DNA of 64,000 nucleotides from Stegostoma tigrinum (Eukaryota), in assembly GCF_030684315.1 (NCBI RefSeq), contig NC_081394.1:6306658-6370657 (forward strand), read 5' to 3'. Below the pieces are notes generated by a model, which made no database searches, was not told the origin of the DNA, and saw only the letters and a list, made by a program, of their open reading frames with translations. The translations under genes and the position numbers were made by a program. This document shows positions 1-12,796 of this stretch, piece after piece (the first letter of the stretch is position 1; every line of letters begins with the position of its first letter).

Positions 1-313
1 GAAGAAGGTTGTGCATTTGAGTATTATATCACATAATCATACCACAGGTGAGGCAGATAGAGAATGTGCGAATACCTGGCAATCCAAGAGAAACAGGCAG
101 GTAATGCATTAGTTCCCCATGGTCCCACACAGCAGCTGGTTTTCTGTCTGGATGCTGGTGACAGATCTCTGGAGAAGCACAGCAGCACACAAGGCCAAGA
201 TACCATGGGTGGCCCAGATCTACAGGGGAGGTGAGGGAAGAGTGGAAGTGCAGTACCAGGTGGGGATTCTTTAGGGATAGACAAATATTTCTGCAGCTGT
301 CAACTCTGACTCC
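1..313 (+). mobile_element. Decayed CR1 ORF1 (esterase/SGNH-like) fragment
   Basis: ggggattct..agggatagacaaatatttctgc resembles the GDS..RG.D..FC motif of CR1 ORF1; no intact ORF. Confidence 0.45.
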
Positions 314-668
314 AAGCTAAAATACAGACAGATTCTAAACAAGGCCTCACATCTAACATGCATTGCATGACCTGAGATGTTTCCTCTGGTATAATAATAA
401 AACCTTTAGTTATCTCAGGGCAGTGACTTGAAAGAAATTCTTGGATTTTCATATTTATGAACAGAAATCTGCATCTTCTTTCTAAGCGATTAAAGATTTA
501 ACAGTCATCTTAGATTTGTTCAATACATTCATATCAATGATGCGTATAAATTTTTTGCGTATAAATTTTGTGTCCGATGACGGAGGAAGGACAGAGACTC
601 CGAAAACATAGGTTTTCAAATAAGCCTGTTGAACTATAACCCGATATCGTATGATTTTTGACAATGCC
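314..668 (+). mobile_element. Probable Penelope-derived terminal fragment
   Basis: Ends gaaggacagagactccgaaa...tttcaaataagcctgttgaactataacc, a decayed hammerhead-like pLTR end recalled from shark repeats. Confidence 0.4.
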
Positions 669-1685
669 ACTCTAAGATAGTGTGATGCTCGCCAGAGTCA
701 GGGATTTCATAGGACAATCCTTCTGGGTGAGCGAGAACAGCTGGAAGATGATGTGGCCAAATTGGGTCGACAAGCTCTGTGTAGGCTCAGGTTTGCTCAC
801 ACAGCTGCTGAAAAGCTAACTGAAGGTCACTCCTTCTGTGCGGTAGCAGCACATGAAGAGGTCCCAGCCACCATCTGAACATCCCATTCCGTTCAACCTA
901 GGAACTTGTCGTTGCAGCTATGTTAGGACTCAGAAGTAGTCCAGGGAGCCAGTAGCTAAATGTTGGAATAAGGATTTAGAAAAAAAAGGCCTGGAATTCA
1001 TTTATTCATTCAGAATAAATCCAGTGGTATGTCAGAAAGAAATTCGACTTCCATATTTAACATTGAGATATGATGAACCACAGTGTCATTAATATCTGGG
1101 GTACTGCTCAAAGATCTGTTTTCACCTCATTTTTCATTAAATGTGCTCTAGAATGTCTTTAATCACAGTTTATTTGTTAGTCATATTGATCTCAGTTTAA
1201 TTCTGGATGTCAGAATATATGTGGTACATACATTGGAGACTGTCCCTCTGCATCAGAAATCTTATTTCTGTTTATTCAAAACTATTGAATCACGTGGCTT
1301 TATTTTCTTAGTAAATATCTGACAAATCAAATGCTTTCTACTTGCTAAAATGAACAGACTGGCCAGCAGACAGATTTTGGCCTGATCTGGAGTGGAGTCA
1401 TACCGTATCACTTAATAATGCAATGAATAAATATTATCCAATAGCTGACAAGAACCTGGGGTCATACTGAGGACATGAAAATAACTTTTTTTTCTTTCCC
1501 AATGGATAGCAGCTCTGGTGGTGAGAGAAAATAATGACAGCTTACGTGTGCAATATCCATTAGAAGTATCACGTAGAAACTTACATAGCTGGAAAGTGAA
1601 TGAAAAATCAGAAGCACCAAATGCAGAAAAGACAGAGTTATGCTGTGCACTGTTCTGTCACAATATTCTCTTCCTTCACTTTCAG

Positions 1686-1967
1686 ATGCACCACAGAATC
1701 TCTCAATTACTTCCCCTCATATAATTCAAGGTTCATCAATCAATATAAATGAGGGGAATTCTGCAGTGCTAATCTGCTCTGTTGAGAGTTTCCCAGCTTC
1801 TAATCTGATGTGGAGACATCTTAATGCCACAATGAACAAAACAAGTTCCAACAATGAGCTGTGGTTGGAGATTCCTCACATTGCACACAGTGAAACTGGA
1901 GACTATCAGTGTTTGGCAGAGAATGCACATGGAGCAGTGGAGGGCTCTATAACCATCACTTTGGAAT
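1686..1967 (+). CDS. Gene A C2-set Ig exon (282-nt cassette, copy 1)
   Basis: ttcag|AT GCA CCA... to GAA T|gtgagt; APQNLSITS...LICSVESFPASNLMW...GDYQCLAENAHG; B- and F-strand Cys, C-strand Trp, DxGxYxC-like motif. Confidence 0.93.
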
Positions 1968-3300
1968 GTGAGTGCACACAGACTTCAACATCTGTCAGAT
2001 GTACACACACATATACACGTTCACCCGTTACCAGCTCTCAGTCTATGTTGGGACAATGTAACCTCCAGTGTACCGAGAAACTATTTAACAAGCAGCACAC
2101 AGAGAATTGTAGATTTATCTGTTCTTGGTATTTTTTTTCAATTGAATCCATTTGCTGTGTATAACAGCAATCTGAGAATATTGTAACATTCAGAGAACAC
2201 TGCATTCCATTAATACTGTCAACCACACATTAGTACAAGCATGCTGCTCGTTGCCAATTTTTAAAATAGATCACTCAAATTAATCCAAGGGTTTGGTTGG
2301 TTTGTGTTTGAGTCAGTTAGATAATTATGGCATGAGGAGAAGAAAGAGAGATACAAAGAGAATGAGAAACATAGAACCTAGGGGTGAGACAGATTAAAAA
2401 AAATGACAGGCTCTGTCAACGCTGAGGTTTGCTCACACAGCTGCTGAAAAGCTAACTGAAAGTGACTCGTTCTGTGTGGCAGCAGCACATGAAGTCGTCC
2501 CAGCCACCGTTTGATCATCCCATTTGGTTAGACCTGGGAACTTGTTGTTGTAGCTATGTTAGGACTCAGGAGTAGTCCAGGGAGCCAGTTGCTAAATGTT
2601 GGAGTAAGCCTTCAGAAAAAGCCTGGGATTCACTTAGGTTTCAGAATAAAGCCGCTAGTAGGTCAGAAAGAAATTCCACTTCCATATATAACATTGAGAT
2701 ATGATGAACCACAGCGTCATTAATATCTGGGGTACGCTCAAAGATCTGTCTTCACCTCATTTTTCATTTAATGTGCTCTGGAATGTCTTTAATTTCAGTT
2801 TGTCTGTTACCAATATTTACTCAGTTTAATTCTGGATGTTAGAATATATGTGGTGCATACATTGGAGACTGTACCTTTGCATCAGAAATCTTATTTGTTT
2901 ATTCAAAACTATTGCATCTGATAGATTTATTCTCTTACTAAGTAGCCGACAAATCAAATGTTGTCTACGTGCTAACATGAAGGTACTGGGCAGCAGACAG
3001 ATTTTGCCCTGATGTGGTCTGCAGTTATACTATATCACTTAGTAATGCAATGACTAAATATTATCCAATAGCTGACAAGAACCTGGGGACATGAAATAAC
3101 TTTTTTCTTTCCTGACGGACAGCAGCTCTGGTGGTGATAGAATATTATGATAATTTATGGTCAATGTCCATTATAAATATGACATAAAAACTTTCATAGA
3201 GGGGAAGTTAATGAAAATCAGGGGCATCAAACACAAAAATATCTGCATAGCAGCCTGCTATTTACTGTTCTGTCACAATATTCTCTTCCTTTCTTATCAG

Positions 3301-3582
3301 ATGCACCACGGAATCTCTCAATTACTTCTCCTCATATGATTCAAGATTCATCTATCAATATAATTGAGGGGAATTCTGCAGTGCTAATCTGCTCTGTTGA
3401 GAGTTTCCCAGCTTCAAACCTGATGTGGAGACATCTTAATGTCACAATGAACAGGACAAGTTCCAACAATGAGCTGTGGTTGGAGATTCCTCGCATTACA
3501 TCCAGGGAGACTGGAGACTATCAGTGTGTGGCAGAGAATGAACATGGAGCAGTGGAGAGTTCCATAACCGTCACCGTGCAAT
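3301..3582 (+). CDS. Gene A C2-set Ig exon (282-nt cassette, copy 2)
   Basis: ttatcag|ATGCACC... to CAA T|gtgagt; LICSVESFPASNLMW...TGDYQCVAENEHG. Confidence 0.93.
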
Positions 3583-3957
3583 GTGAGTTGATTCAGATGT
3601 CAACATCTCGCAGGTTGACACACACACACACACACACAGACATTACAGGAATACAAATTTCAGATTAAGAGGATACCGTACTTTGGTGAATTTATTTGTA
3701 CTGTGTATCACATTAATCTGGCAATATTGTAAATCTCATGGAGTATGATATTATATCGGTTGCTACTGTCAAACATGCCTTGGTCCAAGCTTGCAAGCTG
3801 TTTTCAATATGTCACAGAGTTCAGTTCATGAATTCAGAGTCAGTTTGAGTTTGCGTCAGTTAGACAGTTCACGAGAGTGGAAAAACAAGAGACAGCAAGA
3901 CAGAGAGTGAGACAGAGAAAGAGTGTGACAGAGTGAGAGAGAGTAAAATCAGGCTTG

Positions 3958-4084
3958 ATTCCAACAATGAGCTGTGGTTGCAGACTTCTCACATTATATC
4001 CAGGGAGACTGGAGATTCAGTGCTTGGCAGCGAATGAACATGGATTAATGGAGGGTTTCATACATGAGTGTACACAGCCTTCAA
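3958..4084 (+). pseudogene. Truncated remnant of the 282-nt C2 exon cassette (3' half)
   Basis: ttccaacaatgagctgtggttg...cagggagactggagattcagtgcttggcagcgaatgaacatgg aligns with the exon at 3301 but has deletions; followed immediately by a CR1. Confidence 0.8.
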
Positions 4085-6558
4085 AATTGGCCTGTTGCAA
4101 AGGTATTACTACAGTTGTTATGGGAGATTTCAACATGCGGGTAGACTGGGAAAATCAGGATGGTACGGGACCCCAAGAAAGGGAGTTTGTGGAGTGCCTC
4201 CGGGATGGATTCTTGGAGCAGCTGGTACTGGAGCCTACCAGGGAGGAGACAATTCTGGATCTGGTGTTGTGCAAAGAGCCGGATTTGATCATGGACCTCA
4301 AAGTAAAGGAGCCATTAGGAGATAGTGACCATAATATGATAAGTTTTAATCTGCAATTTGAGAGGGAGAATCGGAAATGTCAGTATTGCAGTTGAATAAA
4401 GGGAACTATGGAGCTATGAGGGAGGAGCTGGCCAACGTTCAGTGGCTCAATACCCTCGCAGGGATGGCAGTGGAACAACAACGGCAGGTATTTCTGGATA
4501 TAATGCAGAAGGTGCAGGATCAGTTCATTCCAAAAGGAAGAAAGATCCTAAGGGGAGGCAGAGCGGCTGTGGCTGATGAGGGAAGTTAAGAACTGTATAA
4601 AGATAAAAAAGAAGTATAACATTAGCAAAGATGAGCGGGAATCCGGAGGACTGGAAAGCTTTTAAAGAGCAACAGCAGATAACTAAAAAGGCAATACACA
4701 GAGAAAAAATGAGCTATGAAGGAAAACTGGCCAAAAATATAAAGGAGGATAGTAAAAGCTTTTTTAGGTATGTGAAAAGAAAAAAAAAGCTTAAGACTAA
4801 AATTGGGCCCTTGAAGACAGAAACAGGTGAACTTATTATGGGGAACAAGGAAATGGCAGAAGAGTTGAATAGGTACTTTGGATCTGTCTTCACTAGGGAA
4901 AACACAAGCAATCTCCCAGATGTTATAGTGGCTGAAGGACCGAGGGTAATGGATGGACTGAAGGGAATTTATATTAGGCAGGAAATGGTGTTGGATAGAT
5001 TGTTAGGTCTGAAGGCTGGTAAGTCCCCGGGACCTGATGGTCTGCATCCCAAGGTACTTAAGGAGGTGGCTCTACAAATGGTGGACACATTGGTAATTAT
5101 TTTCCAATGTTTTATAGATTCAGGATCAGTTCTTCTGGATTGGAGGGTGCCTAATGTTGTCCCACTTTTCAAGAAAGGAGGGAGAGAGAAAACAGGGAAT
5201 TATAGACCGGTTAGCCTCAGTGGTGGGAAAGATGCTGGAGTCAATTATAAAAGATGAAATTACAAATCATTTGGATAGCAGTAACAGGATAGGTCAGAGT
5301 CAGCATGGATTTACGAAGGGGAAATCGTGCTTGACTAATCTTTTGGAATTTTTTGAGGCTGTAACTATGAAGATGGACAAGGGAGAGCCAGTGGATATAG
5401 TGTACCTGGACTTTCAGAAAGCCTTTGATAATGTCCCACATAGGAGATTGGTGAACAAAATTAGGGCACATGGTATTGGGGACAAAATACTGGATTGAAA
5501 ATTGGCTGGCTGACAGGAAGCAAAGAGTAGTGACAAACGGGTCACTTTCGGAATGGCAGGCAGAGACCAGTGGCATTCCACAAGGTTCGGTGCTGGGACC
5601 GCAGCTATTTACAATATACATTAATGATACGGATGAAGGCATTAAAAGTAATATTAGCAAAATTTGCTGATGACACAAAGCTGGGTGGCAGGGTGAAACG
5701 TGAGGAAGATATTATGAGAATACAGGGTGACTTGGACAGACTAGGTGAGTGGACGGATGCATGGCAGATGCAGTTTAATGTGGATAAATGTGAGGTTATC
5801 CACTTTGGTGGCAAGAACAGGAAGGCAGATTACTATCTAAATGGAGTCGTTAGGTAAAGGGGAAGTTCAACGAGATCTGGGTGTTCTTGTACATCAGTCA
5901 ATGAAAGCAAGCATGCAGATACAGCAGGCAGTGAAGAAAGCTAATGGCATGCTGGCCTTCATAACAAGAGGAATTGAGTATAGGAGCAAAGAGGTCCTTC
6001 TGCAGCTGTACAGGGCCCTGGTGAGACCGCACCTGGAGTATTGTGTGCAGTTTTGGCTCCAAATTTGAGGAAGGACATTCTGGCTATTGAGGGAGTGCAG
6101 CGTAGGTTCACGAGGTCAATTCCTGGAATGGCAGGACTATCATATGTTGAAAGATTGGAGCGACTGGGCTTGTATACACTTGAGTTTAGGAGGATGAGAG
6201 GGGATCTGATCGAGACGTATAAGATTATTAAGGGATTGGACAATCTGGAGGGAGGAAGTATGTTTCCGTTGATGGGTGAGTCCAGGACCAGAGGACACAG
6301 TTTAAAAATAAGAGGTAGGCCATTTAGAACAGAGTTGAGGAGAAACTTATTCACCCAGAGAGTGGTGGATATATGGAATGCTCTGCCCCAGAAGGCAGTG
6401 GAGGCCAAGTCTCTGGATAGTTTCAAGAAAGAGACAGATAGAGCTCTTAAAGATAGTGGAATCAAGGGTTCTGGGGATAAGGCAGGAGCAGGATACTGAT
6501 TGTGGTGGGGCTGGCTTGAAGGGCCGAATGGCCTACTCCTGCACTATTGTCTATTGTC
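4085..6558 (+). mobile_element. CR1-clade LINE, 5'-truncated ORF2 (APE endonuclease end + RT), frameshifted
   Basis: VMGDFN, ILDLVL, SDHN, KSPGPDG, NYRPVSL, QHGF, LDFQKAFDNVPH, PQGSVLGP, FADDTKL, RPHLEYCVQFW; CR1-type 3' tail aagggccgaatggcctactcctg. Confidence 0.95.
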
Positions 6559-6559
6559 A

Positions 6560-7180
6560 AAAGCTACATTGGAGGGCAGCAGTGAGAGATTGTAGTGCAT
6601 GTTGGTACCAACCAAATGGGGCAAAAAAGGATGAGATCCTACTAGCTGAATTTGGGTGTTCGGATATACACTAATAAAAGGACTTGACATGTTTTAATCC
6701 CTGGATTACTTCCACTGCCATGTGCTAGTGAGCATAGAAATAGCAGGTTCATCCAGATGAGTGCATGGCTAGACAGATGGGTGTGTTCTGTCTTCATCTT
6801 TAGGTCATTAGATTTCTGGGACAATGGGTCCCCTTTTGGGGATGGTTGGACCTGTACAAGGCAGATAGGTTGGATCTGAATTGGAATTAATTAGACAAGC
6901 TTCCTTGTGGGGAGGTTTGCGAGTGCTATTGGGAAAGGTTAATATAAACTTGGTAGCAGGCTGGGATCCTGAGGAATGGATTAGCACGGGGAGATACACA
7001 GCAACAACTAGGAGAGAGAGTGAGTGAGTCAGCAAGGATTTGGAAATATTGGCCAGTTTAGGCACAAGGGAGATTGGCAAGATTAGATGGTTTTTACTGT
7101 CATACAAAAAAGAGCCTGATGAACAATGCAAACGGGTGAGGGCGCAAATTAAAACTTTGAAGTATGTTGTCATGAGACAT

Positions 7181-7221
<41 letters not shown>

Positions 7222-9240
7222 GGGGACAGGATTGGAAACTCAATATTCCAAGATACAGGGCCTTCAGGTAAAACTACTGGGAAGGAGGTAAAAGTGGAGG
7301 AGATCTCAATACTGATAAGGGAATCAATTACAGCAGTAAAGTGGAATGGCATGCTAGTGGGTTCCTAAAACTTTAAATGACACAATGACATTGTTGAGAG
7401 TGTCCTTTAGGGGCCCAAGACAATCAGCTGGAAAAAGAAGAGCAGGCAAATTTCAGAGAGTGTAAAAGGAGTAGGATAGTGACAGTGTGAGATTTCTTCC
7501 TTTCCAAAATTAACTGGGGTAGTCATTGTGTGAAACATTTAGAGAGAACAGAATTTTTAGGGTAGATTCAGGAGACCATTTTAAGCCAATACACAGAAGG
7601 CTTCATAAGACAGGATGCTGTCCTGGACTTAATTTTAGGTAATGAAGCAAGTGGTTGAAATATCTGTGGGACAGTATTTTGCAGACAGCGGTCTTAACTC
7701 TGTTTGATTCAAGATTGTTATGGAATGGGTCAAGAATGGGCCTGAAATTGAAGTTCTAAATAAACTGAAGGCCAATTTTAATAACATCAGATATGATTTG
7801 GCCACAGTGGTTTTGAAGACATGCTTTTCAGCAAGTCTGTGTCAGTAAAGTGAGTCACATTCAAAAAGGAAATATGGAGATAACAAGAATTTCCAAGAAA
7901 GATAAAGGGTGGGACCAAGAAATCTTTGATGTCAAGGGATATACATGATTGAATAACAGAATAAAAGAATTTTACGCAGGTACTGAGGGCTTAAACAGCA
8001 GAAAATCTATCTGAATATGGAGTATGTAAGAGGGATATTGAAAAGGAAATTAGGAGAGCAGAATGGGGATGGGAAAGGATAGTGGTAAGTAACATGCAGG
8101 AACAGTCTAACTTACTTTACAAGGATCAAAGAATAAGTTGGACAAGAGTCGAGTCCATTAAGAACCACACTGTTTGTGTGGACCCAGAGGATATGGGTCG
8201 GGTTCTTTATAAACATTTTATGTCAGTGTTCACCAGTGAGAGGGACCGTGTGGGTATAGAATCAGGGGGAGGGATGAAATAATTGAAGAAATCAGCAGAG
8301 ACAAGGAGGAGGCTCTGCATGGTCAAGCAGGCTTGAAAGTAGATGAAACAAGAACAAAATTGCTGGAAAAGCCCAGCAGGTCTGGCAGCATCTGTGAAGG
8401 GTAAAAAACAGAGTTAACATGTGACCCTTCCTCGGTGTATTAGTTGTGAGGAAGGGTCACCAGACCCGAAACGATAAAGCTGATAAATAGGTAGGGAGAC
8501 AGCTGTAGATTACTGGAGAATTTAGACGGCTGATCAGTGACAAATAGAATTCAATCCAGACTAATGTGAGTCAATGCACTTGGGCATGATAAAAAAAAGG
8601 TAAGGGATTACATGGTGAACTGGGGAGCACTGAAGACCAGAGGAACCCTTCATGTGAATGTCTACCAGTCCCTTAAGAGAGTGAGACAGGTAGCCAGAGT
8701 GGTTAAGGATATACTAGGCTTTCCTAGCTGAACAACAGAATACAGGAGCAGGGAGGTTACAATGGAACTGCAAAAAAAAATCTGCTAGGCCACAACTGGA
8801 GTATTATATACAGTTTTGGAATCCATATCATGCAATGGATGTGACTGACCTGAAGAACGGGCACAGGAGATTAACTAGGATGTTACCTGGGCAGGAGGAT
8901 TTTACCTATGATGAGTGACTGGTTAGACTGGAGTTGTTTTCCTTGGAGCAAAACAATAGATAATTTACAAGAGAAATGAACAGGGGCTGTAAGTAGGGGC
9001 TTTTCCCCTTGGTAGAAAAGTTCATGAACGGGGGCATATTTAAAAGTAAAGTGCAGCAGTTTTAGAGGGGATGTGAGAAAATATCTCTTCACCGAGGGTT
9101 GGGGGAAAGTCTAGAATTCGTTGTCCAAAAGAGTAGTAGTGGCAGAACCTCTGACAACATTCAGATGTATTTAGATGCTCACTGGCAATGTCAAGGCATT
9201 TAAGGAATATAGGCTGAGTACTGGCAAGACAAATTATAAT
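6560..9240 (+). mobile_element. Older, heavily decayed CR1 (ORF1 end and ORF2 remnants)
   Basis: Remnant motifs such as gagacatggtt (ETW), ctggacttaattttaggtaatgaa (LDLILGNE), aggccacaactggagtat (RPQLEY); many stops. Confidence 0.75.
7185..7219. repeat. (GA)n microsatellite
   Basis: Direct inspection. Confidence 0.95.
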
Positions 9241-9261
9241 CAGTGCTTGTTTTTGATCAAA

Positions 9262-9469
9262 GATAACAAGGTGTAGAGCTGGAGGAACACAGCAAGCTGG
9301 CCAAGTAGCAGAGGAGCAGGGAAGCTGATGTTTCGGGTCGGGGCCCTTCTTCAGAAATTTCAGAAACGTCAGCTTTCCTGCTCCTCTGATGCTGCTTGGC
9401 CTGCTGCATTCATCCAGCTCTACACCTTGTTATCTCAGATTCTCCAGCATTGGCAGTTCCTACTATCTT
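9262..9469. mobile_element. Short fold-back Penelope-derived element with 13-bp TSD
   Basis: gataacaaggtgtagagctgga...tccagctctacaccttgttatc inverted arms; TTGTTTTTGATCA at 9247-9259 and 9470-9482. Confidence 0.8.
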
Positions 9470-9679
9470 TTGTTTTTGATCAGCTTGTTGAACTGGCTGA
9501 CGAGCATTTTTTTGTGATGTAATTCTCTATGTCTCTCCGGCTATGGCTGTCACTCATGCACGAACACATACAGAAATACTCATCCCTAAACTAGTACGTC
9601 TGCAAAAAATGCATGGGTGACTGAAGTATTTTCTGGTGCTGCTACAATGGTATGTGTGTGTCAGTATTAGCAGTGATTC

Positions 9680-10230
9680 AGTAATGACCCAATAACAGTG
9701 CAGACATTCTGAGCATTCAACGGTACTGCTCTGACAATGCAGCACTCATTCAGTATTGACTGACAGTGCAGTGCAGCGAATCCCTTGTAATAATCCTCTG
9801 AAAATGTAGTGCTCGCTCAGTAATGACTGGTCAGCTGTGTGGTACCCAGTATGAACGTTCCCACAATACTGCTATGTCAGAAAGTGCTGCACTCTCTCAG
9901 TACTGATTGACAGTGCAGTACTCATTCAGTACTGACCCTTCAACAGGCTAACACACATCCAGTACCTATCCCCGGTCAGTGCCATATATACTCAGTACTT
10001 ACGCACTAAAAAGGCTGCACACCCTCAGTACTAACTCTCTGATGGTGCAGTGATCCCTCAGTACAGTTCTCTCACAAGGCTACTTTCTTTAGTACTGATC
10101 CACAGACAGTGCTACTTTTCCTTAATACTGACCCACATACGGTACTGTCTTCCCTGAATACTGATTCACAGAGTGTTGCACTCCCTCATTATTAACCCAA
10201 TCAGTTTGCTGTATCCTCTGGTACTGAATT
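9680..10230 (-). repeat. Degenerate 33-bp minisatellite array
   Basis: Recurrent ctcagtactga...acagtgc, the reverse complement of the unit at 47.5-51.6 kb. Confidence 0.75.
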
Positions 10231-10350
10231 GCAGTGTTTGTCTGGTTTCTGTGCTTTGTGGCAAAGGAACCTACATTGATTACCTGTTCTCAGTGTCTCT
10301 CAAAATCCTTCACAGACAAGGTGAGTTAATTCATCTGTATTTGTTTTTAG

Positions 10351-10632
10351 ATGCACCACGGAATCTCGTAATTACTTCTCCTGTTGTGATTGAAGATTCA
10401 TCAATCGATATAACAGAGGGAAATTCTGTAGTGATCACCTGCTCTGTGGACAGCTTCCCAGCTTCTAACCTGATGTGGAGGCATCTTAATGTCACAATGA
10501 ACAGGACAAGTTCTGACAATGAGCTGCGGTTGGAGATTCCTCACGTTACATATAGGGAGACTGGAGACTATCAGTGTGTGGCGGAGAATGAACATGGAGT
10601 AGAAAACAGCTTTGTCACCATCAATGTGCAAT
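10351..10632 (+). CDS. Gene A C2-set Ig exon (282-nt cassette, copy 3)
   Basis: tttttag|ATGCACC... to CAA T|gtgaga; VITCSVDSFPASNLMW...TGDYQCVAENEHG. Confidence 0.93.
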
Positions 10633-11545
10633 GTGAGACTTCTGTTAGATTTGTTCACTGCCACAATATCTTTAGAGGGGCCATTGATATTATCGTGTTT
10701 CATCTCTGGATTTCTTCAAGGCTCCCTCATTGTATGGCTCCAATGTTATCCACTGTCTGATTTTTCTTTATCCCTTTCCTGTATTTAACTGAATTTATCC
10801 ACAGTTGTTGATAAGACAAACATGGTTCTTCATTTCTATGCCCATACTTATTTGACTATCTCAGTCTAACTGGACTTAACACTGCCTTCTAGCTCCCAAC
10901 CTTCTACTCTTTCTCTAAATCACTCATTTGTCTTGATTTCCAACCAGCTGAATCTGAGCATCCTCGGCCATACACCCACCCTCCTCTCATCCTCTTTCTG
11001 CAGTCTGACTCTCATATCCATCATTAGTGACAGTGCCAACATTTTCTCAGCTTCAGGCTGATGTTTTGTTGAGACTGAAGTCACTAATCACGGTGCCTGC
11101 TGTTGTTCTAAACCATATTTCAGACCTGGATGTAAATTTGATATTTATCATTGGTCAAGTATTGGAAATTGTCCACTCTTCCTACCTTGGTGTGACCAAT
11201 CTTGATATCCCCCTTGCCATTTAGAGGCATTATGTTTGACATTGACGTATTCATGTTCAGTCCATGTCTTTCTGTGTCTTTTGTCTGGGTCTATCATAAT
11301 CTCCAGCCGTTGCCTTGTTCAGTTTGTGTGTGTGATATCAAATGCACACCAGAGATTACACAGCCACATTTCTACAAACAAATTCATACACCCCAGAGAC
11401 TGTTACATTTACTGTGTCTTCAGACATCCACATACCTGTCATAAACACAGATACAAATACCTTTTCATGCTTACCTCTTTTAAAGATCTTGGAGGGTTGT
11501 GGGGCATCGAGATTACCTAATGATGCTCCTCTACTGTTGTTCCAG

Positions 11546-11821
11546 ATACCCCACAGGAGATCACAGTGTCCACCAGTGCAGCCTCAGGTGGGATCAGAGA
11601 AGGAAACAACGTCACATTAACCTGCTCCAGTGAAAGTGTCCCGTCGATATCTCATTACACCTGGTTCAGGATCGAGGGAAACGCCAGCACCCAATTAAAC
11701 ACAAACAGCTGGATTCTCTCCTTCACTCCAGTAACACGGGGGGATGATGCAGGTTTCTATTGCACAGCAACAAACCCATTGGGTAACAGCAGCTCCAACA
11801 CAACCCACCTGAATGTGGAAT
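11546..11821 (+). CDS. Gene A C2-set Ig exon (CD22/sialoadhesin-type, 276 nt)
   Basis: ttccag|ATACCCCA... to GAA T|gtaagc; TPQEITVS...IREGNNVTLTCSSES...HYTWF...DDAGFYCTATNPLG. Confidence 0.92.
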
Positions 11822-12502
11822 GTAAGCAGTTTACTGTCTGTCTCTTCTTAAAACTCAGGGGCTGTCTGGGGGCAGCTTACACACTGCAGTTTAGAATAAA
11901 GAGCTCCCTCTCTGCTGTAAGCTGTCCCTCACTGAGATACACAGTGTGATGTTAGGGTCAGTGACTAACAGTTTGGTTGCTAAGGAGGATCGCAAAGCAG
12001 GAGAAAGGGGGGCATGGAGGGTTAGGGAGGAAATTTCAGAGCTTAGAGTCTTAAGTAGTGGAAGACACTTAACAATGGTGGAGTGGTGGAAATCAGGGTA
12101 TGTTCAAGAGGTCAGAATTGAGATCTTGGAGTGGGTGTCAAATGGTGTTCAGCTAATGGTAGAGTGTAATTACTGTATTCAGGTTCACACTTGGGAGCAT
12201 CAGTGTTTTGGTTGTGGGAGGTGGGAGTCTAGCAGAGAGAGTGTTGAGATACTTGATAAAAACCAAAAGAAATGCGGATGCTGTAAATTAGGAACAAAAA
12301 CAAAGTTCCTAGAAAGGATCGGAAGCGTTAACTCTTTTTCCCTTCACAGTTGCTGCCAGACCTGCTGGGGTTTTCCAGCAATTTTGTTTTTGTTCCTGTT
12401 GTTGAGATACGAGTTCAGAGTGAAGTATGGCACTGATGAAAATTTTAGTGTTCAGGTTGTAATGCCACTATTCTTCATTAATTGCTGTCATTCCCTCCTG
12501 AG

Positions 12503-12796
12503 ATGGTCCAGAGCTTTCCCAGGAGTCAGAATGTGCTTGGAGGGCAGATGGGATCGCCTGCATTTGTGTGGCCAGTTCTAACCCTCCTGGAGACCTCACC
12601 TGGCACCTGCCCCATGCCAACCTCAGTGGTAACCAAACACGCGGAGGTTTTGTGTCACAGCAACTCAGAGCGGGACATCTGGTGATGAGCTCACTGTTCC
12701 TTATGGGACACCAGGATGAAGAGGAATTGATGGCATCATGCTCAGTTCGAAACCCACATGGGGCAACCATGTTCAAGGTGCATCTTTGGGTCAAAG
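12503..12796 (+). CDS. Gene A membrane-proximal Ig exon (MAG domain-5 / Siglec-10-like, 294 nt)
   Basis: (Y)GPELSQESECAWRADGIACICVASSNPPGDLTW...ASCSVRNPHG shows the C-x8-C-x-C pattern of MAG Ig5 (ESHCAAARDTVQCLCVVKSNP, recalled); acceptor is cctgag|, donor AAA G|gtgaga. Confidence 0.85.

Larger units (their letters stand above)
774..3950 (+). repeat. Tandem duplication of a ~1.6-kb intron+exon unit (about 774-2409 and 2410-3950)
   Basis: gtttgctcacacagctgctgaaaagctaactgaa occurs at ~791 and ~2427; collinear similarity continues through and past both exons (exon offset 1615 nt). Confidence 0.9.
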
